A stretch of 64,000 nt of DNA, from the NCBI GenBank assembly GCA_030684405.1, contig JAUXYA010000029.1:19147-83146 (forward strand). Reading direction: 5' to 3'. Shown piece after piece: positions 55,373-64,000 of this stretch. Each line of letters starts with the position of its first letter. Positions within the stretch are counted from its first letter, which is position 1. Origin of the DNA: Burkholderiales bacterium. GTDB lineage: Bacteria > Pseudomonadota > Gammaproteobacteria > Burkholderiales > SG8-41. The position numbers and the translations under genes are program-made. A model generated the notes under the pieces. It saw only the letters and a list, made by a program, of their open reading frames with translations. It was not told the origin of the DNA and made no database searches.

Positions 55373-56338
55373 ATGAGTACCCGCATCGCTGTCATCGCCC
55401 TGGCGCTGGGCGCCACGCTCGCCAGCGCCACAGCACCGGCACAGAATTTTCCCACCCGCCCCATGCGCCTTATCGTGCCGCTGGCTGCCGGCGGTGGCAT
55501 GGACAGTGTCACACGCAACGTTGCTAACAGCTTCACCGAGGCGCTGGGCCAGCATGCGGTGGTTGACAACCGTCCCGGCGCGGGCAGCCTGCTGGCGATG
55601 GAGATCCTTGCCGACGCTGCGCCCGACGGCCACACGCTGATGATGATCAGCGCCACCACCGTGATTTATCCGCTGCTCTACAAGTCGCGGCTCGACCCGG
55701 TGCGCGATTTCCTGCCGGTGTCGCAGGCCACCGCACAGGGTTATGCGCTGGTAGTGCATCCCACGCTGCCCGCGAAAAACGTCACCGAGTTCATCAAGTA
55801 CGCCAAGGCCAATCCCGAGAAGCTGACCTATGCTTCATCCGGCATCGGCAGCCCGATCCACATGACCACCGAACTGATGCAGATTGCTACCGGCACCAAA
55901 CTTCTGCACATCCCCTACAAGGGCATGGGTGCGGCCTATGCCGACCTGGTCGGTGGGCGCATCAGCTTTTCTTTTGCGACGATCATCTCCTCGCAGGCGC
56001 ATGTGAAGGCAGGGCGGCTGCGCGTGCTCGCCGTGTCGATGGGCAAACGCGCGCCGGCGCTGCCCGACGTCCCGACCATGGCTGAAGCCGGCGTGCCCGG
56101 CGTGGTGGTGATCAACTGGTACGGCCTGATCGCGCCGAAGTCGACGCCGAAAAATATCGTCGAGCGCATCGCCGCGGAAACCGCGCGTGCGGTGAAAGCC
56201 CCGGCGATGGAAAAACACCTGCTCGCCGATGGTTCGGAAGGCGTGGGCTCGACGCCAGCCGAATTCGCCACACACATCCGCGCGGAGAGTGATCAGTGGC
56301 GGCGGGTGATCAAGCAGGGCGGAATCAAGGCGCAATGA
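55373..56338 (+). CDS. Bug-family (TctC-like) substrate-binding protein
   Basis: GGAGGAGAG RBS, signal peptide, then FPTRPMRLIVPLAAGGGMDSVTR...DNRPGAGS...PDGHT. Confidence 0.9.
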   Translation: MSTRIAVIALALGATLASATAPAQNFPTRPMRLIVPLAAGGGMDSVTRNVANSFTEALGQHAVVDNRPGAGSLLAMEILADAAPDGHTLMMISATTVIYPLLYKSRLDPVRDFLPVSQATAQGYALVVHPTLPAKNVTEFIKYAKANPEKLTYASSGIGSPIHMTTELMQIATGTKLLHIPYKGMGAAYADLVGGRISFSFATIISSQAHVKAGRLRVLAVSMGKRAPALPDVPTMAEAGVPGVVVINWYGLIAPKSTPKNIVERIAAETARAVKAPAMEKHLLADGSEGVGSTPAEFATHIRAESDQWRRVIKQGGIKAQ

Positions 56339-56477
56339 CAAAGCTCAGCAAGAAGGCCGAATAACCCGCGGCGGGCGGGCCGATTTTTCCCGCAGCGGTC
56401 ACAGGAGCGCGCTGCTGGGCTATCATGTTCCGGCAGTACTTCAAAAAATATTCATCAATAGCAATAGGAGGAGCAAC

Positions 56478-57455
56478 ATGTCGAGGACCTTTTTGCGCGC
56501 GGCAATCGTGGGTGTCGCCGCCTTGTCCGCAGTGGCCGCAGGCCCTGTCGCTGCACAGCAGTTTCCCAACAAAATCCTGCGCGTCGTCAACCCCAACGCG
56601 CCCGGCGGCAACAGTGACGTATTGTTTCGGCTGCTTGCGCCCAAGATGGGTGAGGTGCTGGGCCAGCAACTCGTCATCGACTACCGACCCGGTGCCGGCG
56701 GCAACATTGGCGCGGAGATGGTGGCGCGCGCCGCGCCCGACGGCTACACCACGCTGATCGCAGCGGCGAGTTTCCTGATCAACCCCTCCCTGCTGAAAAA
56801 CTTGCCCTTTGATGCGGAGAAGGACTTCACGCCACTCGGCATCATCGTCGACATCCCGGCCGGGCTCATCGTGCATCCCTCGCTGCCGGTGAAATCCGTG
56901 CAGGATCTCGTTGCGCTCGCCAAAAAGCGACCGGGTGATCTCAACTTCTCCAGCTCCGGCCAGGGTGCACTCGGCCACCTATCGGGTGCGCTGCTCAACG
57001 CCTCGACCGGCATCAAGACCGTGCATATCCCCTACAAGGGTGCGGGCCCGTCGATCGTCGATCTCATCGCCGGCCAGGTCGAGTTTTCCTTCGTCAGCAT
57101 CCCGGCGATCACCGGCCACCTGCAGAGCGGACGCTTGCGCATGATCGCGCAATGCGGCGAGAAGCGCTTTGTCTCCTTCCCTGACATCCCCACCATGGTC
57201 GAATCGGGCGTAAAGGACTTCGTCATCACCAGCCCTTTCAGCTACCTCGGCCCCGCGGGCATGCCGCAGCCGATCGCCAACCGGCTCAACGAAGCCTTGC
57301 GTGCGTCGCTGACCGACCCGAAAAACAGCAAGATGCTGATCGACCGCGGTGCCCAGCCCATCGGCAATACCCCGGCGGAACACACGGCGGTGATCAAGTC
57401 CGAGATCGCCAAGTGGAAGCGGGTGGCGGCGGCGGCGGGATTGAAGCCGCAGTAA
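56478..57455 (+). CDS. Bug-family (TctC-like) substrate-binding protein
   Basis: AGGAGGAG RBS, signal peptide, then FPNKILRVVNPNAPGGNSDVLFR...DYRPGAGGN...PDGYT. Confidence 0.9.
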   Translation: MSRTFLRAAIVGVAALSAVAAGPVAAQQFPNKILRVVNPNAPGGNSDVLFRLLAPKMGEVLGQQLVIDYRPGAGGNIGAEMVARAAPDGYTTLIAAASFLINPSLLKNLPFDAEKDFTPLGIIVDIPAGLIVHPSLPVKSVQDLVALAKKRPGDLNFSSSGQGALGHLSGALLNASTGIKTVHIPYKGAGPSIVDLIAGQVEFSFVSIPAITGHLQSGRLRMIAQCGEKRFVSFPDIPTMVESGVKDFVITSPFSYLGPAGMPQPIANRLNEALRASLTDPKNSKMLIDRGAQPIGNTPAEHTAVIKSEIAKWKRVAAAAGLKPQ

Positions 57456-57862
57456 GGTGTGGCAGGCGGGGCGGCCGGAGAACGGCCGTCCGTCGTATCC
57501 GCCGCGGATATTGCAAGAGGGAACTGAAGAAAAAGGCTCTGATAACCTCGGGCTCACAGCTTCAACAAACTGCTAAGAGATGGCCGTTCGCCGAAGGGTG
57601 ATCGGCCATTTTGTTGCGCGTCCTAAGAGGGGGGGGTGACTAAGCTCGACTGCCACCGTATGTGGCTTCAGTCCCGGCGACTTGCATACCCTCGTGCCCC
57701 AAAACTCGGACCGTCCCTTCCGTGGCTAAGACGACTTTGTACCCGGTTTCACGTGCGAGTTGCATTAAGCACTCGCGCACAAGTGCACTGATCGAACTGC
57801 GCACGTTACGTTACGGGATCGGCCTCTACCGCTATGAACTTGAGCATTGCTGTGCGGGGCGC

Positions 57863-58924
57863 TTACTCTGCCGAGATTCCGGCCTCGCGGATAACCCTCG
57901 CCCACTTCTTGATTTCGCTATCGATGTAAGCAGACATGGCCGCAGAAGTGCCGGGAGTCGCCTCAGTCCCGTCCAGATCGAAGATTTCCAGAACCTCCGG
58001 CAACTGAAGAGCCTTGTTGACGTCCTGATTCAGGCGCCGAATGATCGAGGCTGGAGTTTTTGCAGGAGCGAGAAGGCCGGACCATGCATAGATCTCAATT
58101 CCGGGGAACCCGACTTCATTGAATGTAGGAACTGAAGGAAGTGACTTCGATCTTTTTTCAGCGGCGATTGCGATGGCTGTAAGCCTGCCGCTCTCGACGT
58201 GAGGTTTCGCCGTCGACGTTGTTAAGTAACCCAATTCGACTTGTCCCGAAATCAATGCGATGACTTGCGGCCCGGCACCTTTGTAACTCACGTGTGTGGC
58301 ATTAACCTTGGTTGCCAGTTTAAATAGCTCCACACCCAGGTGTGCCGCAGTTCCGGAGCCTGCCGAAGCGTAGTTGAGGCCTTGCGGTTTTGATTTGGAG
58401 AGCGCGATAAGTTCTTTGACCGACTTTGCCGGGACTTTTGCATTCACCAGCAAAACAGACGGTGTCCGTGCCAAGAGGGCGATTGAAGAAAAATCCTTAA
58501 CGGTATCGTAAGGCAATGATTTGAAGAGGCCGGGGTTTGTAACGTGCGTCAACGCACATACCTGTAATGTATAGCCGTCCGGGTTGGCTTTCGAGGTAAT
58601 CTCGGTTGCGATCCTTGAGTTTGCTCCAGGGCGATTATCGGCAATGACTTGCTGCCCCAGGGAACTCGACAGTTTCGCGGCAACGGTGCGAGCGACCCTG
58701 TCGGTGGCGCCTCCTGGCGGAAACGGAATAATCATGCGGATTGGTTTGTCCGGGTACTCCTGCCCGAGGACCGGCTTATAAATTGACGCCATGACGCAAA
58801 TCAACATCAATGTTACGGGCTTCTTGATGGCGAAGCGTCGTTCCGATATGAACTGGCTTGATTTCGACTCACGAGTAAAAGCCGTTTTGAGTTGACGGCT
58901 GAAGTGATGAAAAACAGTAAGCAT
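57863..58924 (-). CDS. Bug-family (TctC-like) substrate-binding protein
   Basis: Internal Met MLTVF with a GGAGG RBS. It contains YPDKPIRMIIPFPPGGATDRVAR...DNRPGANS...PDGYT. The gene has lower GC than the window core. Confidence 0.85.
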   Translation of the reverse strand: MLTVFHHFSRQLKTAFTRESKSSQFISERRFAIKKPVTLMLICVMASIYKPVLGQEYPDKPIRMIIPFPPGGATDRVARTVAAKLSSSLGQQVIADNRPGANSRIATEITSKANPDGYTLQVCALTHVTNPGLFKSLPYDTVKDFSSIALLARTPSVLLVNAKVPAKSVKELIALSKSKPQGLNYASAGSGTAAHLGVELFKLATKVNATHVSYKGAGPQVIALISGQVELGYLTTSTAKPHVESGRLTAIAIAAEKRSKSLPSVPTFNEVGFPGIEIYAWSGLLAPAKTPASIIRRLNQDVNKALQLPEVLEIFDLDGTEATPGTSAAMSAYIDSEIKKWARVIREAGISAE

Positions 58925-59131
58925 CTGGCGCCTCCTTCCCGATAAGGGATGAATAGTAAGCGTTCTGTCTGACAGAACAGCAGTTCTATTTATTTGATGA
59001 GTCTGAATATACCCTGTAATATTGTCAAGGCGCAAAAATTTTGGCGTTTCGTAAGAATTCATCTGCAGCTGGATGGCGCGCATCAATGAATTCCGATACC
59101 TAATTCGACAGACTCGACAGACGAAAGAAAC

Positions 59132-59848
59132 GTGGCGATCAAAAAAAAACCAACCCGCGAAGTAGGTGTTGCGGCAGTCAATCGCGCACTGACTGTGGTG
59201 GTTGCGCTGGAGACGGCAGGAGAGGCGATATCGCTGGCGGAGTTATCCCGGAAGACGGGGCTCTACAAGAGCACGCTTCTGAGACTCATTGCATCTCTTG
59301 AGCAATTTGCATTGGTGGTTGCGCGGCCCGACAAAAAATACTGTCTTGGCCCTCTCGCTTTTCGGCTGGGGAGATCATTCGAGGCGACGGATCACCTCCG
59401 GGATCAGGTAGTGACGGCGCTGGAGCGTTTGGTTGAGAAAGGCACGGAGAGTGCATCGTTTCATGTGCGTCATGATCTCAAGCACCGGCTATGCCTGTTC
59501 CGCGTGGATTCCAAGCACTCCACCCTGGACCGGGTAAAAGCGGGCGATTTACTTCCGATCGACCGTGGCGCTGCGGGGAAAGCCATTCGCGTGTTTGAGC
59601 AACAGTTGTCTGACGAGGACTTGCTCAAGAATGAAAGCGTCGTTGAATCCTTTGGCGAACGAAATCCGATTATCGCGGGTATCTCGGCCCCCGTTTTTGG
59701 AGTGGGAAATCTTTTTTACGGGGTGATTTCCATTTCAGGGCCAATTGAGCGATTTACGGACAGCAATATCCGAAAGATGAAGCGCTTGTTGATCGAAGAG
59801 TGCCGAGAGGTAACGACCTCGCTCGGCGGAAAGTGGCCTTGGCTCTAG
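59132..59848 (+). CDS. IclR-family transcriptional regulator
   Basis: GTG start. It has an N-terminal winged HTH (ISLAELSRKTGLYKSTLLRLIASL) and an IclR-type effector domain. Confidence 0.85.
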   Translation: MAIKKKPTREVGVAAVNRALTVVVALETAGEAISLAELSRKTGLYKSTLLRLIASLEQFALVVARPDKKYCLGPLAFRLGRSFEATDHLRDQVVTALERLVEKGTESASFHVRHDLKHRLCLFRVDSKHSTLDRVKAGDLLPIDRGAAGKAIRVFEQQLSDEDLLKNESVVESFGERNPIIAGISAPVFGVGNLFYGVISISGPIERFTDSNIRKMKRLLIEECREVTTSLGGKWPWL

Positions 59849-59965
59849 TTTTGGATGCGCCGGTGTCTCTGGCCTTTCGGGACTTTCACACAGCACGAGT
59901 TGACAAATGCGCGGAATTAATCAGATTCCAAATTGTTAGATTCGCGAGAAAAGAGGAGAAACACC

Positions 59966-62290
59966 ATGGCTGGTGCTCGTAAAGATATTGACGGTGCGAT
60001 GCTGTCAGGAGACCCTGGAGCAGCGTTCAGGGGAAAGATTGGCAAGACATTCGCTGATTCAACGCCGTGGTGGCCGACACCCGCCAAGCCGCGAGACGGA
60101 TCTCCCAATGTGGTTGTTTTCTTCGTCGATGACCTTGGCTTTTCCGACCTCGGTGCTTTTGGTGCCGAGTTTGAGACCCCCAATATCGACAGATTGGCCG
60201 CTGGCGGGGTTAGTTTCAGCAATTACACAACTGTTCCAATGTGCACTCCCGCACGCGCCGCGCTGCTGACCGGGAAAAACCCGCACTCCGTGGGATGCGG
60301 CTGGATTACACACGCCGACCCGGGTTATCCCGGCTACGGTGGTGAAATATCACCGGATGCGCCGACATTTGCGGAATTATTGCGCCACAGCGGCTACTCG
60401 ACGATGGCCATAGGCAAATGGCATAACACCAAAGAACACAATGCCTGCGCCGCCGGGGACAAGAGTTCGTGGCCGGTCCAACGCGGCTTCGACCGTTTCT
60501 ATGGATTTATTGCCTCGGAGACCAGCTTCTTTCATCCGGATTGCCTGTATGAGGGTTCGCAGGCGGTCGATATGGACTCTTATCCCGAGAACTACTTTGC
60601 AACGGATGATTGGACGGATCGCGCAATCCGGTGGACCAAGGAACACCTGGGCTCAGGCCCGTTGAAGCCTTTCCTGCTTTATCTCGCCTTTAACGCCCCG
60701 CATGCACCGATCCACGCCAAGCCCGAAGATATCCAGAAATACAAAGGTCGCTATGATCTCGGATGGGACGTGCTGCGTGAGCAGCGGTGGAAGAAGCAGA
60801 TCAAGCTGGGCATCCTTCCTGAAAATACCAAGCTTCCGCCGCGCAACCCCGGGATTCCTGCTTGGGCGGATTTACCAAGTGATAAGCAGGAACTGTATGC
60901 GCGCCACATGGAGGTCTATGCGGCGCTGATTGATAACCTGGATCAGAACATCGGCAGATATATGAATTTTCTCGAGAGTTCCGGGGCCCTTGAGAATACG
61001 CTGATTATTCTGGCGTCAGACAATGGCGCCACTGCAGGTGGCGGTGATAACGGAACCATCAATGGCTGGAACGCAAGGCTCGGAGGCGACGACAGCGAAT
61101 CCAAGATCAAAGAACTTCTCGATACAGGAGGTTTTGGTGGCCCGGAGACTTATGCCACCTATCCGCGTGGCTGGGGCCAGGTGTCGAACACGCCATTCCG
61201 TAATTTCAAACGCACGCCGGTCAATGGTGGTATTCGAGTACCGTTTATTGCGCACTGGCCGCGCGCCATAAAGGCGCGGGGCGGTATTCAACGCCAGTGG
61301 ATACATGTGACGGACGTGCTGCCGACGCTCCTTGATGTCGCAGGCATCGAGTATCCCAGGCAATTTCGTGGCTATAACACCAGATCACTCGACGGAATCA
61401 GTTTTGTTGATGCGTTACTGAATCCGGGGGCTCCCGAAAAACGTACACAGCAGCATTACGAGCTGGATGGTAATCGCGGATTCATCAAAGACGGCTGGAA
61501 GATCGTGTCGTTGCAGCCAGGGAAAAAAATAGAAATCGACAACTGGATGCTTTTCAATCTTCAGGAGGATCCAACCGAGATCGAAGATCTCGCAAAGAAG
61601 CTTCCGGAAAAACTGAAAGAAATGATGTCCTCGTTTGACGAGGAGGCTTTCCATAACTATGTTTATCCAATCGATAACAGGGGATACGAAAAATCCCTGA
61701 CGACTCCTCCCCACCGACTGCCAGTTATCAATGCGCCGCATGTTTTTTATCCGGGCGCGCAGACGGCTGAGCGTGCCAGCGTATTCCAACTCTTTAATGA
61801 CCGCAGCTTCAACATCACAGCGCGATTCGTTTATCGCAGCGGTGATCGCGGTGTTATTTACAGCATCGGCAGCATATTTGGCGGATTGCTCATGTACGTG
61901 ATGGATGATGCATTGTCGTTTGTGTATCAGCGGTGGCCCACTCCCATCGAGTTTCCGCCGATCAAGTTATCCGATGGCGCGCAGGAGTTGCTTCTCGAGT
62001 ACCGCGCGCTGGGAAAACGCCAAGGGTCCGGGCGGCTGGTCCTGAACGGCCAGGAGATCATTCCGGAGACTGCCATGTCCCCCACGATTGTCAGATTACC
62101 GTCGGAAGGCGTGGACATCGGCATTGACAGGCGACAACCTGCGTCCAAGCGCTACGCCAAGTTCGGAGCCTTCAAGTATTCCAATGTGATTGACTGGGTT
62201 CGTTTGGAGCCTGGTGCTCAGGCGCCTGGAACAATCAGCAATATGTCAGAGGTAAAGGCGCAAAAGCTTGCCGTTGGTCAGGTCCCCTGA
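59966..62290 (+). CDS. large Cys-type arylsulfatase (AtsA-like, ~774 aa) without signal peptide
   Basis: AGGAGA RBS followed by an ATG at 59966. It contains VVFFVDDLGFSD, the MCTPARAALLTG formylglycine motif, GKWH and SDNG, plus a ~250-aa C-terminal extension. Confidence 0.85.
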   Translation: MAGARKDIDGAMLSGDPGAAFRGKIGKTFADSTPWWPTPAKPRDGSPNVVVFFVDDLGFSDLGAFGAEFETPNIDRLAAGGVSFSNYTTVPMCTPARAALLTGKNPHSVGCGWITHADPGYPGYGGEISPDAPTFAELLRHSGYSTMAIGKWHNTKEHNACAAGDKSSWPVQRGFDRFYGFIASETSFFHPDCLYEGSQAVDMDSYPENYFATDDWTDRAIRWTKEHLGSGPLKPFLLYLAFNAPHAPIHAKPEDIQKYKGRYDLGWDVLREQRWKKQIKLGILPENTKLPPRNPGIPAWADLPSDKQELYARHMEVYAALIDNLDQNIGRYMNFLESSGALENTLIILASDNGATAGGGDNGTINGWNARLGGDDSESKIKELLDTGGFGGPETYATYPRGWGQVSNTPFRNFKRTPVNGGIRVPFIAHWPRAIKARGGIQRQWIHVTDVLPTLLDVAGIEYPRQFRGYNTRSLDGISFVDALLNPGAPEKRTQQHYELDGNRGFIKDGWKIVSLQPGKKIEIDNWMLFNLQEDPTEIEDLAKKLPEKLKEMMSSFDEEAFHNYVYPIDNRGYEKSLTTPPHRLPVINAPHVFYPGAQTAERASVFQLFNDRSFNITARFVYRSGDRGVIYSIGSIFGGLLMYVMDDALSFVYQRWPTPIEFPPIKLSDGAQELLLEYRALGKRQGSGRLVLNGQEIIPETAMSPTIVRLPSEGVDIGIDRRQPASKRYAKFGAFKYSNVIDWVRLEPGAQAPGTISNMSEVKAQKLAVGQVP

Positions 62291-62431
62291 TTTGATTCCG
62301 GGGATGTGTTCTCGGGGCCGCGGAATCCGGATGCCCTAAATTAATACGTCAACTTCATCAACCGTCCGGAATCCGAAGCGCAGGCTCGAGCCTGAAGTGG
62401 GTTTTAGCGACGAACAAGGAATTAGATAATT

Positions 62432-63919
62432 ATGGGTTCACTTCCCGTGGCAGGTGCTGTGGAACGAAAGCCGTTTCTGATTGATGGTCGCTGGGTAGAT
62501 AACGGCGGGGAGCCCTTGCTCTTGGTTGATCCTGCGCAGGGGCGTACCAATTACGCGGTCTGTGCCGCTTCCGCGAGCGATGTCGACGACGCGGTCAAGG
62601 CGGCTGCCCGTGCCGCCGGACAGCCCAAATGGCGGAACATGTATCCGCATGATCGCGCAAGGTTGCTGCTGTCGATAGCAAGTGGCATCGATAACGCGGC
62701 TGAAGAGCTTGCGCAGCTGCAGATGCGCGAGAACGGCAAGGTGCTGAAGGAATGCCGTGCGCAGGCGAGATCAGCCGCCGCCATCTTCCGCTACTACGCT
62801 GCCGTATGTGAAACCGTCAGCGATGTATTGACGCCGCCGCGCGGCAATTACCTGTCAATGAGCGTGCACGAGCCCTACGGTGTGGTCGCTGCCATCACAC
62901 CTTGGAACTCCCCGCTGACGATAGAGGCACTGAAAGTCGCACCGGCGCTGGCGGCCGGAAACGCCGTCGTACTCAAACCTTCCGAAGTCACGCCGTCGAT
63001 GGCGCTTGTGCTCGGACGTATTGCGCTGGAAGCGGGGCTGCCACCGGGTCTGTTGAACATATTGCCCGGTCACGGCGCCGTCGTCGGTGCCGCGCTGGTC
63101 AATCATCCGGGGGTGGCGATGGTGTCTTTCACCGGGGGCACCGAGAGCGGCCGCAGGATCGCCAGCGCCGCAGCGGCGCGGCTGATTCCGGTCGCACTTG
63201 AGCTCGGCGGAAAATCTCCGCACATTGTATTCGCCGACGCCGACATCGAGGCCGCGGTGCGCGCTGTTGCCGTCGGCATCTTTGAAGGCAGCGGTCAATC
63301 GTGCATCGCCGGATCCCGGTTGTTTGTCGAGCGTTCCGTCCATGCGCGCGTGCTCGACCTGATCACGCAGCATGCAAAGACCCTGAAAGTTGATCTGCCG
63401 GATCAGGCAGGTGCCGAAATGGGCAGCATGGCTTCATTCGCTCACCGCGATCGTGTTGAATCCCATGTCGAGCAGGCACGGGCCGCCGGCGCCGAAATCG
63501 CTGCGGGCGGCACCCGTCCGTCTGGCGAGCGTTTCCGCAGCGGCGCCTTCTACCTGCCCACAGTAATCACCGGCGTCAGCAACGACGATGCGATCTGCCA
63601 GGAAGAGATTTTCGGCCCTGTCCTGTGCGTTCTGCCTTTCGATGACGAAGAGGATCTGGTCACCCAGGCCAACGCCACCGTGTACGGCTTGGCGGCAGGC
63701 ATCTGGACCTCCAGTTATTCGAGAGCCTGGCGCGTTGCCCGCAGGCTCGATGCTGGTACGGTGTGGATCAACACCTATAAGCAGCTGTCGATCGCCGCGC
63801 CCTTCGGTGGTTACAAATCCAGCGGCATTGGACGTGAAAAGGGCATCGAAGGCATGCGCCTCTACCAGCAGGTCAAGAGCGTATTCTGGGGGCTTGAACA
63901 GCAAGGGGCTGTTGCATGA
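62432..63919 (+). CDS. NAD(P)-dependent aldehyde dehydrogenase
   Basis: ...ITPWNSPL..., FTGGTESG, LELGGKSP, GQSCIAGSR and EEIFGPV: all the ALDH signature blocks. Confidence 0.9.
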   Translation: MGSLPVAGAVERKPFLIDGRWVDNGGEPLLLVDPAQGRTNYAVCAASASDVDDAVKAAARAAGQPKWRNMYPHDRARLLLSIASGIDNAAEELAQLQMRENGKVLKECRAQARSAAAIFRYYAAVCETVSDVLTPPRGNYLSMSVHEPYGVVAAITPWNSPLTIEALKVAPALAAGNAVVLKPSEVTPSMALVLGRIALEAGLPPGLLNILPGHGAVVGAALVNHPGVAMVSFTGGTESGRRIASAAAARLIPVALELGGKSPHIVFADADIEAAVRAVAVGIFEGSGQSCIAGSRLFVERSVHARVLDLITQHAKTLKVDLPDQAGAEMGSMASFAHRDRVESHVEQARAAGAEIAAGGTRPSGERFRSGAFYLPTVITGVSNDDAICQEEIFGPVLCVLPFDDEEDLVTQANATVYGLAAGIWTSSYSRAWRVARRLDAGTVWINTYKQLSIAAPFGGYKSSGIGREKGIEGMRLYQQVKSVFWGLEQQGAVA

Positions 63920-64000
63920 TTTGAATTGGCGCGCGTGGCCTGAGAACGACCACCGAAGAGCAGGGCCGGTGACCGAATCCGAAATAGTGCTAACTCATGT

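Noticed and set aside
57629-57636. G8 homopolymer in the intergenic region downstream of the Bug gene
   Set aside because: It is not inside or directly upstream of any supported gene, so there is no basis for calling it a phase-variation tract.
57640-57804. 54-codon minus-strand GTG ORF (VRSSISALVRECLMQLARETGYKVVLATEG...) that faintly recalls a ribbon-helix-helix or antitoxin helix
   Set aside because: It is too short. It lacks the N-terminal strand such proteins need, has no partner toxin ORF and no RBS. At best it is a gene fragment.
1-64000. Search by eye for tRNA/rRNA genes, CRISPR arrays, IS elements, integrases and prophage or defence-system genes
   Set aside because: I found no T-loop or acceptor-like tRNA signatures in the intergenic regions. 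There are no spaced identical repeats beyond the short ones reported, and no transposase, integrase, restriction, Cas or toxin-antitoxin-like translations. A proper tRNAscan, Infernal or ISfinder run could still find something I missed.

Overview
This is a high-GC bacterial chromosome segment. A hand count of one core-gene line gave 42/60 G+C. The gene content looks like a Burkholderiales-type betaproteobacterium, mainly because Bug/TctC-family periplasmic binding proteins are so dense: 10 canonical paralogues plus 1 divergent one. I can support about 65 protein-coding genes. They include enzymes (alpha-hydroxy-acid dehydrogenase, serine hydrolase, methylmalonyl-CoA epimerase, enolase-superfamily enzyme, M32 carboxypeptidase, dienelactone hydrolase, aldehyde dehydrogenase, two Cys-type sulfatases), regulators (TetR, MarR, IclR, XRE/ImmA-like, DksA/TraR-like), stress proteins (tandem Usp, CsbD, PRC-barrel, CpxP/Spy-like, CbpA/CbpM), transporters (SulP-STAS-cNMP, a fused TctA-TctB, GDT1/UPF0016, SemiSWEET), and several exported or lipoproteins of unknown function. 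I recognised no rRNA, tRNA, CRISPR array, transposase, integrase or prophage genes.

The most interesting observations are:
1. Two gene pairs in the ORF track are each a single reading frame interrupted only by a TGA that falls on a redox-motif residue. One is C-x-x-[TGA] in an AhpD/CMD-like protein; the other is [TGA]-x-x-C in a PrdB/GrdB-like protein. Each TGA has a hairpin just downstream, so both are candidate selenoproteins.
2. The PrdB/GrdB-like gene sits in a one-strand string: SBP, TctA-TctB fusion, MBL-fold protein, PrdB-like, Bug, choline-sulfatase-like.
3. A yybP-ykoY-type Mn2+ riboswitch signature lies in the leader of the GDT1/UPF0016 gene.
4. A SemiSWEET gene is knocked out of frame by a G7 homopolymer directly after its ATG.
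5. Lower-GC patches carry cytoplasmic sulfatases paired with Bug binding proteins, a PEP-CTERM protein, and a decayed EAL-domain remnant.

Many long ORFs in the track are antisense shadows typical of GC-rich DNA and were rejected. All family assignments come from my own reading of the translations, not from database searches.
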